Source of the DNA: Thermotogota bacterium
Lineage (GTDB): Bacteria > Hydrothermota > Hydrothermia > LBFQ01
Direction: 5' to 3'
Length of the DNA: 64,000 nt
Assembly (NCBI GenBank): GCA_013154295.1
Contig: JAADCS010000139.1
Coordinates: forward strand, 7,107-71,106
Shown here: in pieces, positions 36,609 to 46,751 of the stretch
How positions within the stretch are numbered: position 1 is the stretch's first letter
Layout: each line of letters begins with the position of its first letter
Made by a program: the position numbers and the translations under genes
Notes under the pieces: model-generated
Told to the model about the DNA's origin: nothing
What the model saw: only the letters and a program-made list of their open reading frames with translations
Database searches by the model: none

Positions 36609-38165
36609 ATGTCCGGTAAATACCTGTGGAGGTTGGGTCTGATCGTAGCACTCTTCGCAGGGGGTATATATCTATTAATGCCCACCTACAAGCTTCTAAC
36701 GATGAGTCAGCAAGAAAAGGAGAAGATGGGGCGCCAAGCTCTATTTGAGCTTAAGAAGAAAGCTCTAAACTTAGGTTTGGATATTCAGGGAGGGATGTAC
36801 ATAGTCCTATCTGTAGACAAGTCCAAGGTAAAAGACCCAGAGAAACTCAAAGACGCTGCGGACAGGGTAGTGGAGGTGATACGGAACCGCGTTGACCAAT
36901 TAGGTGTGTTCGAACCCGTGATCCAGAAGGTGGGCGAGGATAGGGTTATCGTCCAGCTTCCCGGTGTGGTAAGCAAAGAGAGAGCAAGGAACATCATAGG
37001 TAAGACGGCCCTTCTGGAATTTAAGCTTTTGGCTGACGATAAGGTCTTTGAAGATTTTCTTAAAAGCGTAGATGATCTCCTTCGCAAAGAGAGGGGAACG
37101 ATGGCCGACACCTCCAAGGTCGGTCCCTTCCTTCGTCTCCTCGTAGGATACGAAGGAGATGTGGCTGTGCTTGAGGAAAACTGGGAGAAAGTGGACAGCA
37201 TATTGAAGCTGCCGGAGGTCAAGAGGCTCATACCTCCAGGTTATCAGATCCTCTGGGGTCGCACTATCCAGACCAAAGATGGTAAGAAGTTAAGGAAACT
37301 TTTCCTCGTTCAGAAACGTACTCCTCTCACGGGGGCCCATCTTGTGGATGCGCGTGCCACTTTAGGGCAACAGCAAATGGCCGGTCAACCGGTGGTTCAT
37401 ATAACCTTTGATAGAACAGGAGCCGTGATATTCGCCCGGCTCACCGGCGAGAACGTGGGCAAGCGACTTGCCATAGTCTTGGACGGTGTGGTGCAATCCG
37501 CCCCACGAATACAGGAACGCATACCCACGGGAAACGCTCAAATAACGGGGATACCGTCCCTTCAGGAGGCCCAAGACTTGGCCGCCATACTCCGAGCCGG
37601 TGCCTTGCCGGTACCGGTTAAGGTGGAGGAGGAGAGAATAGTGGGACCTACCTTAGGAGCCGACTCTATACGCCGCGGTATGATAGCTCTCGCTGTGGCC
37701 TTCACATTGGTAGTCCTATTCATGATCTTCTACTACCGCCTTGCCGGGGTGATAGCTGTCATAGCCCTTTTGGGGAACCTCATATTCATCTTGGACGTGA
37801 TGGCTATGCTCAACGCCACTCTGACCATGCCCGGTATGGCCGGTCTCATTCTGACGGTGGGTATGGCCGTGGATGCGAATGTGCTTATCTTTGAACGTAT
37901 AAGGGAGGAGTTACGTAAAGGCAAATCCTTTAGAACGGCTCTTGAGGTAGGCTATGCCAACGCTACCCGCACCATCTTGGACGCCAACATAACCACACTC
38001 CTAACAGCCCTAGTTCTCATGTTTCTGGGCGTTGGGCCCATAAGGGGCTTCGCTGTGGTCCTGTCAATTGGTATCGTTATAAACCTCTTCACTTCCATCG
38101 TTATGACGCGCTGGATATTCGGCTACCTGATAGAGGATAGGAAGATGCAAGCCGTTCCTATTTAA
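36609..38165 (+). CDS. secD: protein translocase subunit SecD
   Basis: LGLDIQGGMYIVL, a large periplasmic P1 domain, and a C-terminal 5-TM block with VDANVLIFERIREE. Confidence 0.9.
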   Translation: MSGKYLWRLGLIVALFAGGIYLLMPTYKLLTMSQQEKEKMGRQALFELKKKALNLGLDIQGGMYIVLSVDKSKVKDPEKLKDAADRVVEVIRNRVDQLGVFEPVIQKVGEDRVIVQLPGVVSKERARNIIGKTALLEFKLLADDKVFEDFLKSVDDLLRKERGTMADTSKVGPFLRLLVGYEGDVAVLEENWEKVDSILKLPEVKRLIPPGYQILWGRTIQTKDGKKLRKLFLVQKRTPLTGAHLVDARATLGQQQMAGQPVVHITFDRTGAVIFARLTGENVGKRLAIVLDGVVQSAPRIQERIPTGNAQITGIPSLQEAQDLAAILRAGALPVPVKVEEERIVGPTLGADSIRRGMIALAVAFTLVVLFMIFYYRLAGVIAVIALLGNLIFILDVMAMLNATLTMPGMAGLILTVGMAVDANVLIFERIREELRKGKSFRTALEVGYANATRTILDANITTLLTALVLMFLGVGPIRGFAVVLSIGIVINLFTSIVMTRWIFGYLIEDRKMQAVPI

Positions 38166-38181
38166 TCAAGGAGGTAAAAAA

Positions 38182-39105
38182 ATGAGAATAAAGTGGCTTG
38201 AAAATCCCAACATAGACTTCATGGGAAAGAGGAAGATAGCCTACGTGATCTCCTCCGTCCTCGTAACCATAAGTTTAATATCCTTGCTTCTACGTTTAAC
38301 ACCCATAGGTTCCATGTTTGGAATACGGCAAACTTGGTCAATCGACTTCACCGGTGGTAGGTTGGTCCAGGTGTACGTAGAGGCTCCTATATCCGAAGTC
38401 AGAAACGCCACTTTGAAGATGGGTATAAAGGCCGAGATTCAAAACGTTGGTATAGCTAACGAGTATCTTATAAAGTACAAAGAGGACATAGAACCGGACA
38501 GTTTAGTTAAAGGGCTAAAGAACTTACTTCGAAAGGACGTGCGCCTTGACAGGGCTGAACATGTGGGACCAAAGATAGGAGCCGAATTACGAGAGAAAGC
38601 CATAATCCTGACTGTAGTTGGTCTGATCGTAATCCTCTTTTACATCTGGCTCCGCTTCGATATCCTCTTCGGTTTGGGAGCGACCTTGGCTCTCTTCCAC
38701 GACGTCATAATCACTTGGGGAATCCATTCTCTCTTCGGTTTTGAGACCGATATGACCGTAATAGCAGCTCTCTTGACCCTGATAGGTTATTCCATCAACG
38801 ACTCCATAGTAGTAGCCGATCGCGTCAGAGAGTACTTAGGACGTTTCCGACTCATCGACGTATCCCCCAAAGACTTGGAACGTCTCTTCAACGATGCTAT
38901 AAACTCCACTCTATCCCGTACGGTGATAACTTCCTTTACGACTTTTATAGTGGTGCTATCGCTACTTCTCTTCGGTGGACCAGTTCTCTTCAACTTTGCC
39001 TTCGTTCTAACCGTGGGTGTAGTGGTAGGTACCTACTCATCCATATTCGTTGTCTCTTCTCTGGTACTTGACTGGAGGCTACGGGGGATGAAAAAGGGGA
39101 AGTAG
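38182..39105 (+). CDS. secF: protein translocase subunit SecF
   Basis: [40 protein letters not shown] lies 8 nt upstream of the ATG. Confidence 0.9.
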   Translation: MRIKWLENPNIDFMGKRKIAYVISSVLVTISLISLLLRLTPIGSMFGIRQTWSIDFTGGRLVQVYVEAPISEVRNATLKMGIKAEIQNVGIANEYLIKYKEDIEPDSLVKGLKNLLRKDVRLDRAEHVGPKIGAELREKAIILTVVGLIVILFYIWLRFDILFGLGATLALFHDVIITWGIHSLFGFETDMTVIAALLTLIGYSINDSIVVADRVREYLGRFRLIDVSPKDLERLFNDAINSTLSRTVITSFTTFIVVLSLLLFGGPVLFNFAFVLTVGVVVGTYSSIFVVSSLVLDWRLRGMKKGK

Positions 39106-39107
39106 AT

Positions 39108-39665
39108 ATGGTTAAATCGGACCGGTGGATAGAGAGGATGGCGAGAGAGTTCGGGATGATAGAACCCTTTGTATCCGAGTTAGTACGGGAAGGTAAGGTA
39201 TCGTTCGGTCTGTCCTCCTACGGTTATGATATAAGGGTAGCCGACGAGTTTTATATCTTTACGAACGTGCATACGGTGGTGGTGGATCCCAAAAACTTTG
39301 ATGAAAGATCTTTCGTACATCATCGGGGGGAACATTGCATAATCCCCCCCAACTCCTTTTGTTTGGCACGGTCGGTTGAATACTTCCGCATTCCCCGCAA
39401 CGTTTTGGGGATATGTATCGGTAAGAGTACGTATGCCCGATGTGGTATAATCGTAAACGTTACACCCCTTGAACCCGAATGGGAGGGTTATCTGACTATA
39501 GAGATAAGCAACACCACACCCCTACCTGCCAAAATATACGCCAACGAGGGTATAGCCCAGCTCATATTCCTAGAGGCTGACGAGATAACACGGTTATCCT
39601 ACGCCGACCGTAAAGGGAAGTACCAAAAACAACGGGGTATAAGCTTACCCAAGGTAGAAAGATGA
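39108..39665 (+). CDS. dcd: dCTP deaminase
   Basis: SDRWIERMA...IEPF...[14 protein letters not shown]...[10 protein letters not shown]...[16 protein letters not shown]. Confidence 0.9.
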   Translation: MVKSDRWIERMAREFGMIEPFVSELVREGKVSFGLSSYGYDIRVADEFYIFTNVHTVVVDPKNFDERSFVHHRGEHCIIPPNSFCLARSVEYFRIPRNVLGICIGKSTYARCGIIVNVTPLEPEWEGYLTIEISNTTPLPAKIYANEGIAQLIFLEADEITRLSYADRKGKYQKQRGISLPKVER

Positions 39666-40120
39666 AAAAACGTTGGGTGGAACACAAGGGAAAGATCCAT
39701 GAGATAGATCTTGAGAAGTACGATCTAAAAGTCCACGAATTGTGCAACGGGGTAATGATAACCTTCATAGATGGGAAACCCGTACTCTTTAGGGTATCCG
39801 ATACAAGTGGATACCGGGTGGTTGAAACGCCGGATCTACACGCCACCTTGAAGGTATATAAAGCCCCCCCTTCCGTCTCCAGGAAGGCAGAAAGTCACAA
39901 AGTACAGACAATAAGGGCTCCGATGCCAGCGTTAGTGGTTTCCGTAGAGAAGAGAGTGGGTGAGCCCGTAAAGAGAGGCGAGACAGTCGTGGTAATAGAG
40001 GCTATGAAGATGCGCACCCAGTTGAAAGCCCACATAGATGGGGTGGTAACGCATATATACGTACAGCCTGGAGTTAGCGTCAGCAAAGGCCAACCTTTGG
40101 CCGTTATAGAAGCCTCCTAA
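39662..40120 (+). CDS. biotin/lipoyl-attachment (biotin carboxyl carrier-like) protein
   Basis: C-terminal [10 protein letters not shown]...[16 protein letters not shown]...GQPLAVIE with the EAMKM biotinylation motif. The ~80-aa N-terminal region is not recognisable. No carboxylase partner is adjacent. Confidence 0.75.
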   Translation: MKKRWVEHKGKIHEIDLEKYDLKVHELCNGVMITFIDGKPVLFRVSDTSGYRVVETPDLHATLKVYKAPPSVSRKAESHKVQTIRAPMPALVVSVEKRVGEPVKRGETVVVIEAMKMRTQLKAHIDGVVTHIYVQPGVSVSKGQPLAVIEAS

Positions 40121-40139
40121 CTGATAACGATTTCATCCG

Positions 40140-40145
40140 TATAAT
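40140..40145 (+). promoter_or_regulatory. -10 box TATAAT, 10 nt upstream of PDO ATG
   Basis: Consensus hexamer with no SD. Confidence 0.5.
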
Positions 40146-40155
40146 AGCGGGCGCT

Positions 40156-40827
40156 ATGGGTTTCTTAAGGGAAGAGGATAAACGATATCTGCGCCAAAAG
40201 TTCAACTCCGAGCTGGAGAAGGATGTGGTCCTTTTGTTTTTTACCAAAAACATCGGGTGCAACTACTGCGCGGATGAGGAGAAACTACTCAAGGAGGTAG
40301 CCGACCTCTCCGACAAGATAGAAGTGGTCGTGAAGAACGTGGTGACTGACAAGGCGGAGGCCGAAAAGTACGAGATACACGACGCCCCGGCTCTGGCAAT
40401 CCTCCAAAAGAAGGAGGACGGTCAGTTGATAGACTTCGGTATGCGGTACTTCGGTATCCCGGCCGGGTATGAATTCTCTGCCTTTATAGAAAGTGTGGTG
40501 TTGGCTTCTACCGGGAGGTCCGGGTTGAATCCCGATATAGAGGAGCAGATAAAGGACATAGATAAACGCATAGAGATCTTAGTATTCGTAACGCCCACGT
40601 GCCCCTACTGTCCCAGAGCTGTTTTGACCGCCCATCGCTTTGCGGTAGCTAACCCCAACATATGGGGGTATATGATAGAGGCCCTTGAATATCCTCAATG
40701 GGCCGATAGGTATCATGTGCATGCGGTTCCTAAAATCGTCATAAACGATGTAGTTGAGTTTGAAGGGGCACGCTCCGAGGAATTCTTCGTGAAGAAAATA
40801 AAGGAAGCGGCGGCTTTAACCAAGTAG
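40156..40827 (+). CDS. two-domain thioredoxin-fold protein disulfide oxidoreductase (PDO / glutaredoxin-like)
   Basis: 223 aa with two Trx units carrying CNYC and CPYC active sites, the architecture of the PDOs of hyperthermophiles. Confidence 0.75.
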   Translation: MGFLREEDKRYLRQKFNSELEKDVVLLFFTKNIGCNYCADEEKLLKEVADLSDKIEVVVKNVVTDKAEAEKYEIHDAPALAILQKKEDGQLIDFGMRYFGIPAGYEFSAFIESVVLASTGRSGLNPDIEEQIKDIDKRIEILVFVTPTCPYCPRAVLTAHRFAVANPNIWGYMIEALEYPQWADRYHVHAVPKIVINDVVEFEGARSEEFFVKKIKEAAALTK

Positions 40828-40837
40828 GAGGTATAAG

Positions 40838-41017
40838 ATGACGTCCCCAAGGAGAAGGCAGTCGGCGACGAGAGGGAGAAAACGCAGAACCCATTGGAAG
40901 GTTAGAAAACCCGCTTTAGCCACCTGTCCCTCATGTGGGAGGCCAAAGCCTCCTCATTTCGCCTGTCCTCACTGTGGATATTACAAGGGACGGGTGGCCA
41001 TAGTCGTTAAAGTGTAA
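40838..41017 (+). CDS. rpmF: 50S ribosomal protein L32
   Basis: Not in the ORF track (59 aa). MTSPRRRQSATRGRKRRTHWKVRKPALATCPSCGRPKPPHFACPHCGYYKGRVAIVVKV has the CxxC...CxxC zinc ribbon. TAGGAGGT lies 5 nt upstream of the ATG. Classical rpmF-plsX linkage. Confidence 0.9.
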   Translation: MTSPRRRQSATRGRKRRTHWKVRKPALATCPSCGRPKPPHFACPHCGYYKGRVAIVVKV

Positions 41018-41019
41018 GG

Positions 41020-42009
41020 ATGCGCGTAGCCTTAGACGCTTTTGGTACGGATAACGCCCCCCTACCAGAGATAAGGGGAGCGTTAAAGGTTTTAGAAGAG
41101 GATAGAGGTGTGGAGGTGGTGCTGGTGGGAGATGTCAGGAAAATAAGGGAGTACCTACCCACCACCCACCCCCGCCTCTCCCTCGTTGATGCTAAGGAGG
41201 TGGTCCATCACCACGACAAACCTTCGGAAGTTTTAAAAAAGCGTCCCAAGTCCTCTATGGCGGTGGCTATGGATCTGGTCAGAAGGGGTGAGGCCGACGC
41301 CTTCATATCCGCTGGAAATACAGGAGCCGTGATGGCCTATGCCCTTCGCAAGTTGGGTCGGATAAAGGGTGTGAAGAGACCTGCCATAGGGGCTCTGTTC
41401 CCTAACATCAACGAGGGTCGTACTTTGGTACTCGATATGGGGGCCAACATCCATGTTTCTTCAGATCTCCTGGTTCAGTTTGGAATAATGGGGGCCGCCT
41501 TTTACAACGCCCTGTTCCATCGTCATCCACGCTTAGCCTTATTAAACATCGGTGAGGAGGAACAAAAAGGGGGGGAAGTGATAGTTGAAGCCCGCCGAGC
41601 TCTGGAGAGGATGAATTCCCATTACAATTTCGTTGGATATGTGGAGGGGCATGAGATTTTGAGCGACAAAGCAGATGTGATCGTCATGGATGGCTTCGTG
41701 GGGAACGTACTCTTGAAATTCGGTGAAAGTGTTCTTTCCACGATTCTGGAGTTTATAAAACGTGAGGTTAAGGGAAACCCACGTGCCCTTTTGGGGGCCA
41801 TGCTTCTGAAGCCCGCCTTTAAGGCCGTTCGTAAAAAGGCGGATTTTGAGGAGTACGGAGGGGCACCTCTTATAGGGGTCAATGGAATAGTCATAATAGC
41901 CCATGGTCGTTCTTCTGCCCGTGCTATCCATAACGCCATACTGGTGGCCAAAACCCTCCATCAACATGATCTTTTAAACAAAACACGTCGCTACATAGAG
42001 GGGCGGTGA
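41020..42009 (+). CDS. plsX: phosphate acyltransferase PlsX
   Basis: MRVALDAFGTDNAP...AFISAGNTGAVMA...GFVGNVLLK...GAPLIGVNGIVIIAHGRSS. Confidence 0.9.
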   Translation: MRVALDAFGTDNAPLPEIRGALKVLEEDRGVEVVLVGDVRKIREYLPTTHPRLSLVDAKEVVHHHDKPSEVLKKRPKSSMAVAMDLVRRGEADAFISAGNTGAVMAYALRKLGRIKGVKRPAIGALFPNINEGRTLVLDMGANIHVSSDLLVQFGIMGAAFYNALFHRHPRLALLNIGEEEQKGGEVIVEARRALERMNSHYNFVGYVEGHEILSDKADVIVMDGFVGNVLLKFGESVLSTILEFIKREVKGNPRALLGAMLLKPAFKAVRKKADFEEYGGAPLIGVNGIVIIAHGRSSARAIHNAILVAKTLHQHDLLNKTRRYIEGR

Positions 42010-42041
42010 TATACCGTTTTCGGCCTTAAAATCCGGTTATC

Positions 42042-43622
42042 ATGTTATGGATGGTCATTTTAGGGCAGTTTCCCCCTAAACATGTGGCCGTGGGCGATTG
42101 GCTTATGCTCCACGGTAGCACGGGGCACAACGGTTTTGGAGCCTTGCGAGGCCGGATAAGTGGGTGGAGTACCAAGTACACCGCTACACTTTGTACCGGG
42201 GAATCCCAACCGGTAGTAGGTGATGTAAATGCCGACGGTTTTCCAGAGATCGTGTTCAGCTGTTACGGTTCCGGTGTATATGCCTTAAGGGGTACAACCG
42301 GTAGTACGCTGTGGTACAACGGAAGTGCCGGCGGAGGATCGTGGGGAGCTCCAGCCGCTGCTGACCTCATACCCTCCATCCCAGGTCTTGAGGTGGTGGT
42401 TTGCAATTCAACCAGGACCTACCTCCTACGTGGAACGGATGGATCGGTGATTTGGACCGCAAACCACGGATGTGGCACGAGAGCTGGTGCTCCAGCGGTG
42501 GCTCATGAAGGCTCCGACACGTTAATCTTGGTCAATCAGGACGGTACCCTCTACGCCTTGCAGGCTTCTACCGGCACGGTGGTATGGTCGGCTTCTACCG
42601 GATCAAGTACTCTCATAGGGATAGCCAAATCCCCGGCCGTCAACGACATAGACGGCGATGGTGATTTGGACGTGGTCGTAGCCGGCAATGGAACCGTATA
42701 TGCGTACGATTTCCATACCGGAACAACCCTCTGGACGCGAAGCGTAGGCACGCGATACTACACGAGAACGCCCGCTACACTTGTAGATCTTACCGGCGAT
42801 TGCGTGGATGAGGTGATAGTTTCCACCGATAACGGTTACATATACGCTCTCAACGGAAGCGACGGAAGTACCCTTTGGAGATATTACCTGGGCAGTCAGA
42901 TGTCCTGCGGTCCAATATCGACGGCTGACCTGAACGGTGACAGCATAAACGACGTTGTGGTGGGCCATCTTAGAAGTTGTAACTGTGGGACACCGGGAGG
43001 TGTAACGGTGATAAACGGGACCAGTGGCACCGCTCTCTGGTCCAATACGTTCACCGGTCCCAACATGACCCACGGCGGAGGAAGGGTAATATCTGACTTT
43101 GACAGCGATGGCCGATTGGAGATAGCTGTGGTACCCTATTGGAGTTCCTATATGTGTTTTGGGGATGGGAGGTTCAGAATGTTCAGCAATGCAGGTTCTT
43201 TGGAGTGGACGGCCTCCAATATCGTGGGTGAAGGTTCCTCCTTTGCGGATGTGGATGGGGATGGTTGTAGCGAAATTCTGGTTCTGCCTTCTGCTGGAAG
43301 AAATCTCTTGGTGGTCGTGGATAACGATCTCGTTTCCGACTGTGGAGCCTATCCCTATAACGACACCTGTGCCCTCCTGGGGTCGGAAGGCGATCTGTCC
43401 ATCTCCGAGGGTGAGCTGCCCTACCTCCTAACGGAGGTGATAGCCAAGAGGGGAGGTGTCAAAATTAGAACCAACGCTGAAAGCGTTTTGGAGATATACA
43501 AACCCAACGGACGTCTCGTCCTAAAACGTGAAGTGCTACCCGGTGTTAGTTTTATTCCTTTGAAGGCCGGAACTTACATCGTTTTCCTCAACAGGAGGAG
43601 CTTCACGATCCTCATCCGATAA
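42042..43622 (+). CDS. FG-GAP/VCBS-type beta-propeller repeat protein with T9SS-type CTD
   Basis: GDVNADGFPEIVF, NDIDGDGDLDVVV, ADLNGDSINDVVV, SDFDSDGRLEIAV, ADVDGDGCSEILV alternate with GT-G-x-x-W strands. C-terminal LEIYKPNGRLVLK...GTYIVFLNRRSFTILIR. Paralog of 1..1524. Confidence 0.8.
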   Translation: MLWMVILGQFPPKHVAVGDWLMLHGSTGHNGFGALRGRISGWSTKYTATLCTGESQPVVGDVNADGFPEIVFSCYGSGVYALRGTTGSTLWYNGSAGGGSWGAPAAADLIPSIPGLEVVVCNSTRTYLLRGTDGSVIWTANHGCGTRAGAPAVAHEGSDTLILVNQDGTLYALQASTGTVVWSASTGSSTLIGIAKSPAVNDIDGDGDLDVVVAGNGTVYAYDFHTGTTLWTRSVGTRYYTRTPATLVDLTGDCVDEVIVSTDNGYIYALNGSDGSTLWRYYLGSQMSCGPISTADLNGDSINDVVVGHLRSCNCGTPGGVTVINGTSGTALWSNTFTGPNMTHGGGRVISDFDSDGRLEIAVVPYWSSYMCFGDGRFRMFSNAGSLEWTASNIVGEGSSFADVDGDGCSEILVLPSAGRNLLVVVDNDLVSDCGAYPYNDTCALLGSEGDLSISEGELPYLLTEVIAKRGGVKIRTNAESVLEIYKPNGRLVLKREVLPGVSFIPLKAGTYIVFLNRRSFTILIR

Positions 43623-43679
43623 TATATGTTCTAAAATAGGCGGTCTCCGGTCGTGGGGCCGCCTATAAAATATCTCTCT

Positions 43680-44066
43680 ATGAAAGTGCCGGAGGATCTT
43701 CTCTATACTAAAGAGCACGAGTGGGTTAAACTTGAAGGGGACGTGGCTATCGTCGGAATCACCGACTATGCTCAGGATCAGTTGGGTGACATAATCTACG
43801 TGGAACTACCGGAAGTGGGTAGGAAGGTAAAGAGGATGGAAACGGTGGCTACCGTGGAAGCCGTCAAAACCGCGGCCGACGTTTACTCTCCGCTTAGCGG
43901 TGAGGTGGTGGAAATAAACGCCGAACTAAATGATCATCCGGAGCTACTCAATCAGGATCCCTATGGCAAAGGATGGATGTTCAAACTGAAGATCGAAAAT
44001 CCGGAGGAGGTTAAAGCTCTACTTTCGCCTGAGGAGTACCAAAAGCTCATAGAAGGGACGGGATGA
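43680..44066 (+). CDS. gcvH: glycine cleavage system H protein
   Basis: YTKEHEWV...GITDYAQDQLGDIIYVELPEVG...VEAVKTAADVYSPLSGEV (lipoyl-lysine motif). ATG 43680 lies 8 nt after TAAAAT. Confidence 0.9.
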   Translation: MKVPEDLLYTKEHEWVKLEGDVAIVGITDYAQDQLGDIIYVELPEVGRKVKRMETVATVEAVKTAADVYSPLSGEVVEINAELNDHPELLNQDPYGKGWMFKLKIENPEEVKALLSPEEYQKLIEGTG

Positions 44067-45376
44067 GATACCTAACCTTAAGTGACGAAGAACGTCAAGA
44101 GATGCTTCGGGCTTTGGGTTTCTCCTCGCAGGAGGAGCTCATGAGAGAGGCAGTGGGAAACGTGCCGTTCATGAAAGTCCCCAAGATCCCTTTCCTATCC
44201 GAAAGTGACCTCTACGACCACATTCTATCCTTGGTCTCCCAAAACGCTTGGAATTTGAAGATATTTGCCGGCGGTGGTGCATACGACGTTTATACACCTT
44301 CGGTGGTCAATCATATACTCCTTCGGAACGAGTTTTATACTGCTTACACACCTTATCAGCCAGAAGTTTCCCAAGGAACGTTGCAGGTTATGTACGAGTT
44401 CCAGAGTTTAATGGCCCATTTGTCCGCTATGGAAGTTTCCAACTCCTCCATGTACGACGGGGGCACAGCTCTGGCCGAGGCTGTACTCATGGCTTTCCGT
44501 CTTAAAAAAAAGTACAAGGTTTTACTACCTAAGTCTCTCAATCCCCTTTACAGGAGGGTCATACGTACTTACCTTCCTGATTTCGCTGAGGTATCCGAGT
44601 ACGACTTCACATCCTCCGGTGAGGTAGATATTCCTCATCTAATATCCCTTGTGGATGACAGAACGGCCGCCGTCGTAGTGCAGTCGCCCAACTATTTCGG
44701 TATCTTGGAAAATCTACGTTCCATATCCAGCGCTGTTAAGGAGAGAAACGTGCTTCTTCTAACCCACTACGACCCTGTGGCTGTGGCCATAACTGTACCA
44801 CCTGGAGAGGTAGGTGCGGACATTGGTACGGCAGAAGGGCAGGTTTTGGGGTTACCTTTGGGCTTCGGTGGTCCCTATGTCGGCATAATGGTTTCGTGGA
44901 AGAGGTATATTCGCCAGATGCCAGGTCGTATAGTGGCCGAGACCACTGACAACAGAGGACGTAGAGGATTCGTGACCACCCTTCAAGCTCGCGAGCAGCA
45001 TATTCGCCGAGCCAAAGCCACCTCCAACATATGCACCAACAATCAGCTGGTAGCATTAGCTGTGGCCGTTTACACGGTACTTTTGGGAAGGGAAGGTCTT
45101 ATAAAACGGGCCAAAACTACCTTCTCGAAGACCCAATACTTCCTTGAGAATCTGCCCAAACATTACGAACCGGCCTTCAAAGGAGTACATTTCAGAGAGG
45201 TAACCGTAAAAACGCCTATGCCGGCAGCGAAAGTGATGGAAGCTTTGGTAGAGGAAGGTTTCTTAGTGGGACCGGTGGTAAAGGATTTGGGTGAGAATTA
45301 TCTCCTTATGGCTTTCACCGATAGGTACAGTAAAGAGGATATAGATGCCCTTTTGAAAGTCCTCTCAAGGATCTGA
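44063..45376 (+). CDS. gcvPA: glycine dehydrogenase (decarboxylating) subunit 1
   Basis: FAGGGAYD...YTPYQPEVSQGTLQ...FQSLMAHL...SNICTN. ATGA overlap with gcvH. Confidence 0.9.
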   Translation: MRYLTLSDEERQEMLRALGFSSQEELMREAVGNVPFMKVPKIPFLSESDLYDHILSLVSQNAWNLKIFAGGGAYDVYTPSVVNHILLRNEFYTAYTPYQPEVSQGTLQVMYEFQSLMAHLSAMEVSNSSMYDGGTALAEAVLMAFRLKKKYKVLLPKSLNPLYRRVIRTYLPDFAEVSEYDFTSSGEVDIPHLISLVDDRTAAVVVQSPNYFGILENLRSISSAVKERNVLLLTHYDPVAVAITVPPGEVGADIGTAEGQVLGLPLGFGGPYVGIMVSWKRYIRQMPGRIVAETTDNRGRRGFVTTLQAREQHIRRAKATSNICTNNQLVALAVAVYTVLLGREGLIKRAKTTFSKTQYFLENLPKHYEPAFKGVHFREVTVKTPMPAAKVMEALVEEGFLVGPVVKDLGENYLLMAFTDRYSKEDIDALLKVLSRI

Positions 45377-45377
45377 G

Positions 45378-46721
45378 ATGTTCTATCGCCGCCTTCTGAC
45401 GGTCTTAGGTCCCGTCCTTTTCCTATTTTCTTTGCTTTTACCCGTAGATCCGAAGATGGCGGCGACGGTGGGTGCAGTTCTCTGGATGGGTGCGTGGTGG
45501 ATAGGTGAGGTGATACCTTTGGCCATAACGGCTCTACTACCGTTAGTTTTGGCTCCGATTTTCGGTGTCATGCCGGCCAAAGAGATAGCGCCTAACTACG
45601 CCAAGTCTCCTGTCTTCCTCTTTTTAGGTGGTTTTCTCTTGGCTATAGGGTTACAAAAATACAACCTGCATCGTTTTCTCGCCCATCGCATCCTAAGGAT
45701 CTTTGGAAACTCCGAAATAGGCCTCTTCTTGGGAGTTTCATTGGCCACCTACCTGCTCTCTATGTGGATAAGCAACACCTCATCAGCTCTGATAATGATT
45801 CCTCTGATACTCTCCTTAGAAGCGGGGGCTCTAACCACAGCCCTTGCCTTCGGTGTAGCATACTCGGCCACCATAGGGGGTATAGCTACGCTGGTTGGCA
45901 CTCCGCCAAACATAATGTATGCGGGAGTGCTGCGTTCGTATGATATAAACGTCTCCTTCACCGACTGGATGGTCTTTGGCCTCCCTTACTCCCTTTTTTT
46001 GGAGCTCCTCTTCCTGATCATAACTGTTAGATGGTTCCGCCTGGGGAAACGTCGGGTGAAGGTTAAGGTCGAAGAGATAAAAGTGGATACCAGAGGTAGA
46101 TTGGTTCTCATCATTTTCCTAATAACCGTTACCCTTTGGCTTACGAGGTCGGGATTGAATTTGGGTGAGGTGAAAGTTCCAGGTTGGTCCTCCTTTGTAT
46201 CTGGCGGTGATGATTCTACCGTAGCCATATTGTCTTCAATACTTCTGTTTCTCTTTGGGCTTATAGACTGGAGGGATACGAAGGACGTACCTTGGAATGC
46301 TTTGCTCCTCTTCGGTGGGGGGTTTGCCCTTTCACACATGATTGTAAAGAGCGGGCTATCGGAGGCCATAACGGAGGCCCTTAGAGGGTTTGCCCATTTA
46401 CATCCCATGTTAGTGGTGGGGGCTTGGGCCATAGTGACGTTGGTGTTGACGGAGTTTGCGTCTAACACGTCCATTTCGGCTGTCCTCATACCTCTGGCTT
46501 TCTCCTTCGCTATGGGTGTAGGTTTAGACCCCAAAGCCCTGGCTGCGGTAGTGGCCGTTGCGGCATCAGGAGCTTTCATGCTTCCGGTTGCTACACCTCC
46601 GAACATGTTAGTCTACTCGTTTGAGTTGGTAAAACTCAAGGATATGATCAAGTTGGGCCTGGTGATGAACGTTTTGGCCTATCTTTTGGCTGTGTTTTTA
46701 GCCTATCGCCTCGCCCCTTAG
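45378..46721 (+). CDS. DASS/SLC13-family (divalent anion:Na+ symporter-like) transporter
   Basis: 447 aa polytopic protein. Duplicated SNTSSALIMIPL / SNTSISAVLIPLA hairpin motifs and GTPPN / ATPPN. Confidence 0.8.
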   Translation: MFYRRLLTVLGPVLFLFSLLLPVDPKMAATVGAVLWMGAWWIGEVIPLAITALLPLVLAPIFGVMPAKEIAPNYAKSPVFLFLGGFLLAIGLQKYNLHRFLAHRILRIFGNSEIGLFLGVSLATYLLSMWISNTSSALIMIPLILSLEAGALTTALAFGVAYSATIGGIATLVGTPPNIMYAGVLRSYDINVSFTDWMVFGLPYSLFLELLFLIITVRWFRLGKRRVKVKVEEIKVDTRGRLVLIIFLITVTLWLTRSGLNLGEVKVPGWSSFVSGGDDSTVAILSSILLFLFGLIDWRDTKDVPWNALLLFGGGFALSHMIVKSGLSEAITEALRGFAHLHPMLVVGAWAIVTLVLTEFASNTSISAVLIPLAFSFAMGVGLDPKALAAVVAVAASGAFMLPVATPPNMLVYSFELVKLKDMIKLGLVMNVLAYLLAVFLAYRLAP

Positions 46722-46751
46722 AGCTGTCGGGCCACCCTTAGAATCATCACC

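Noticed and set aside
45986-46606. 206-aa minus-strand ORF inside the DASS transporter gene
   Set aside because: It is antisense to a polytopic transporter with duplicated SNT motifs and has no independent support.
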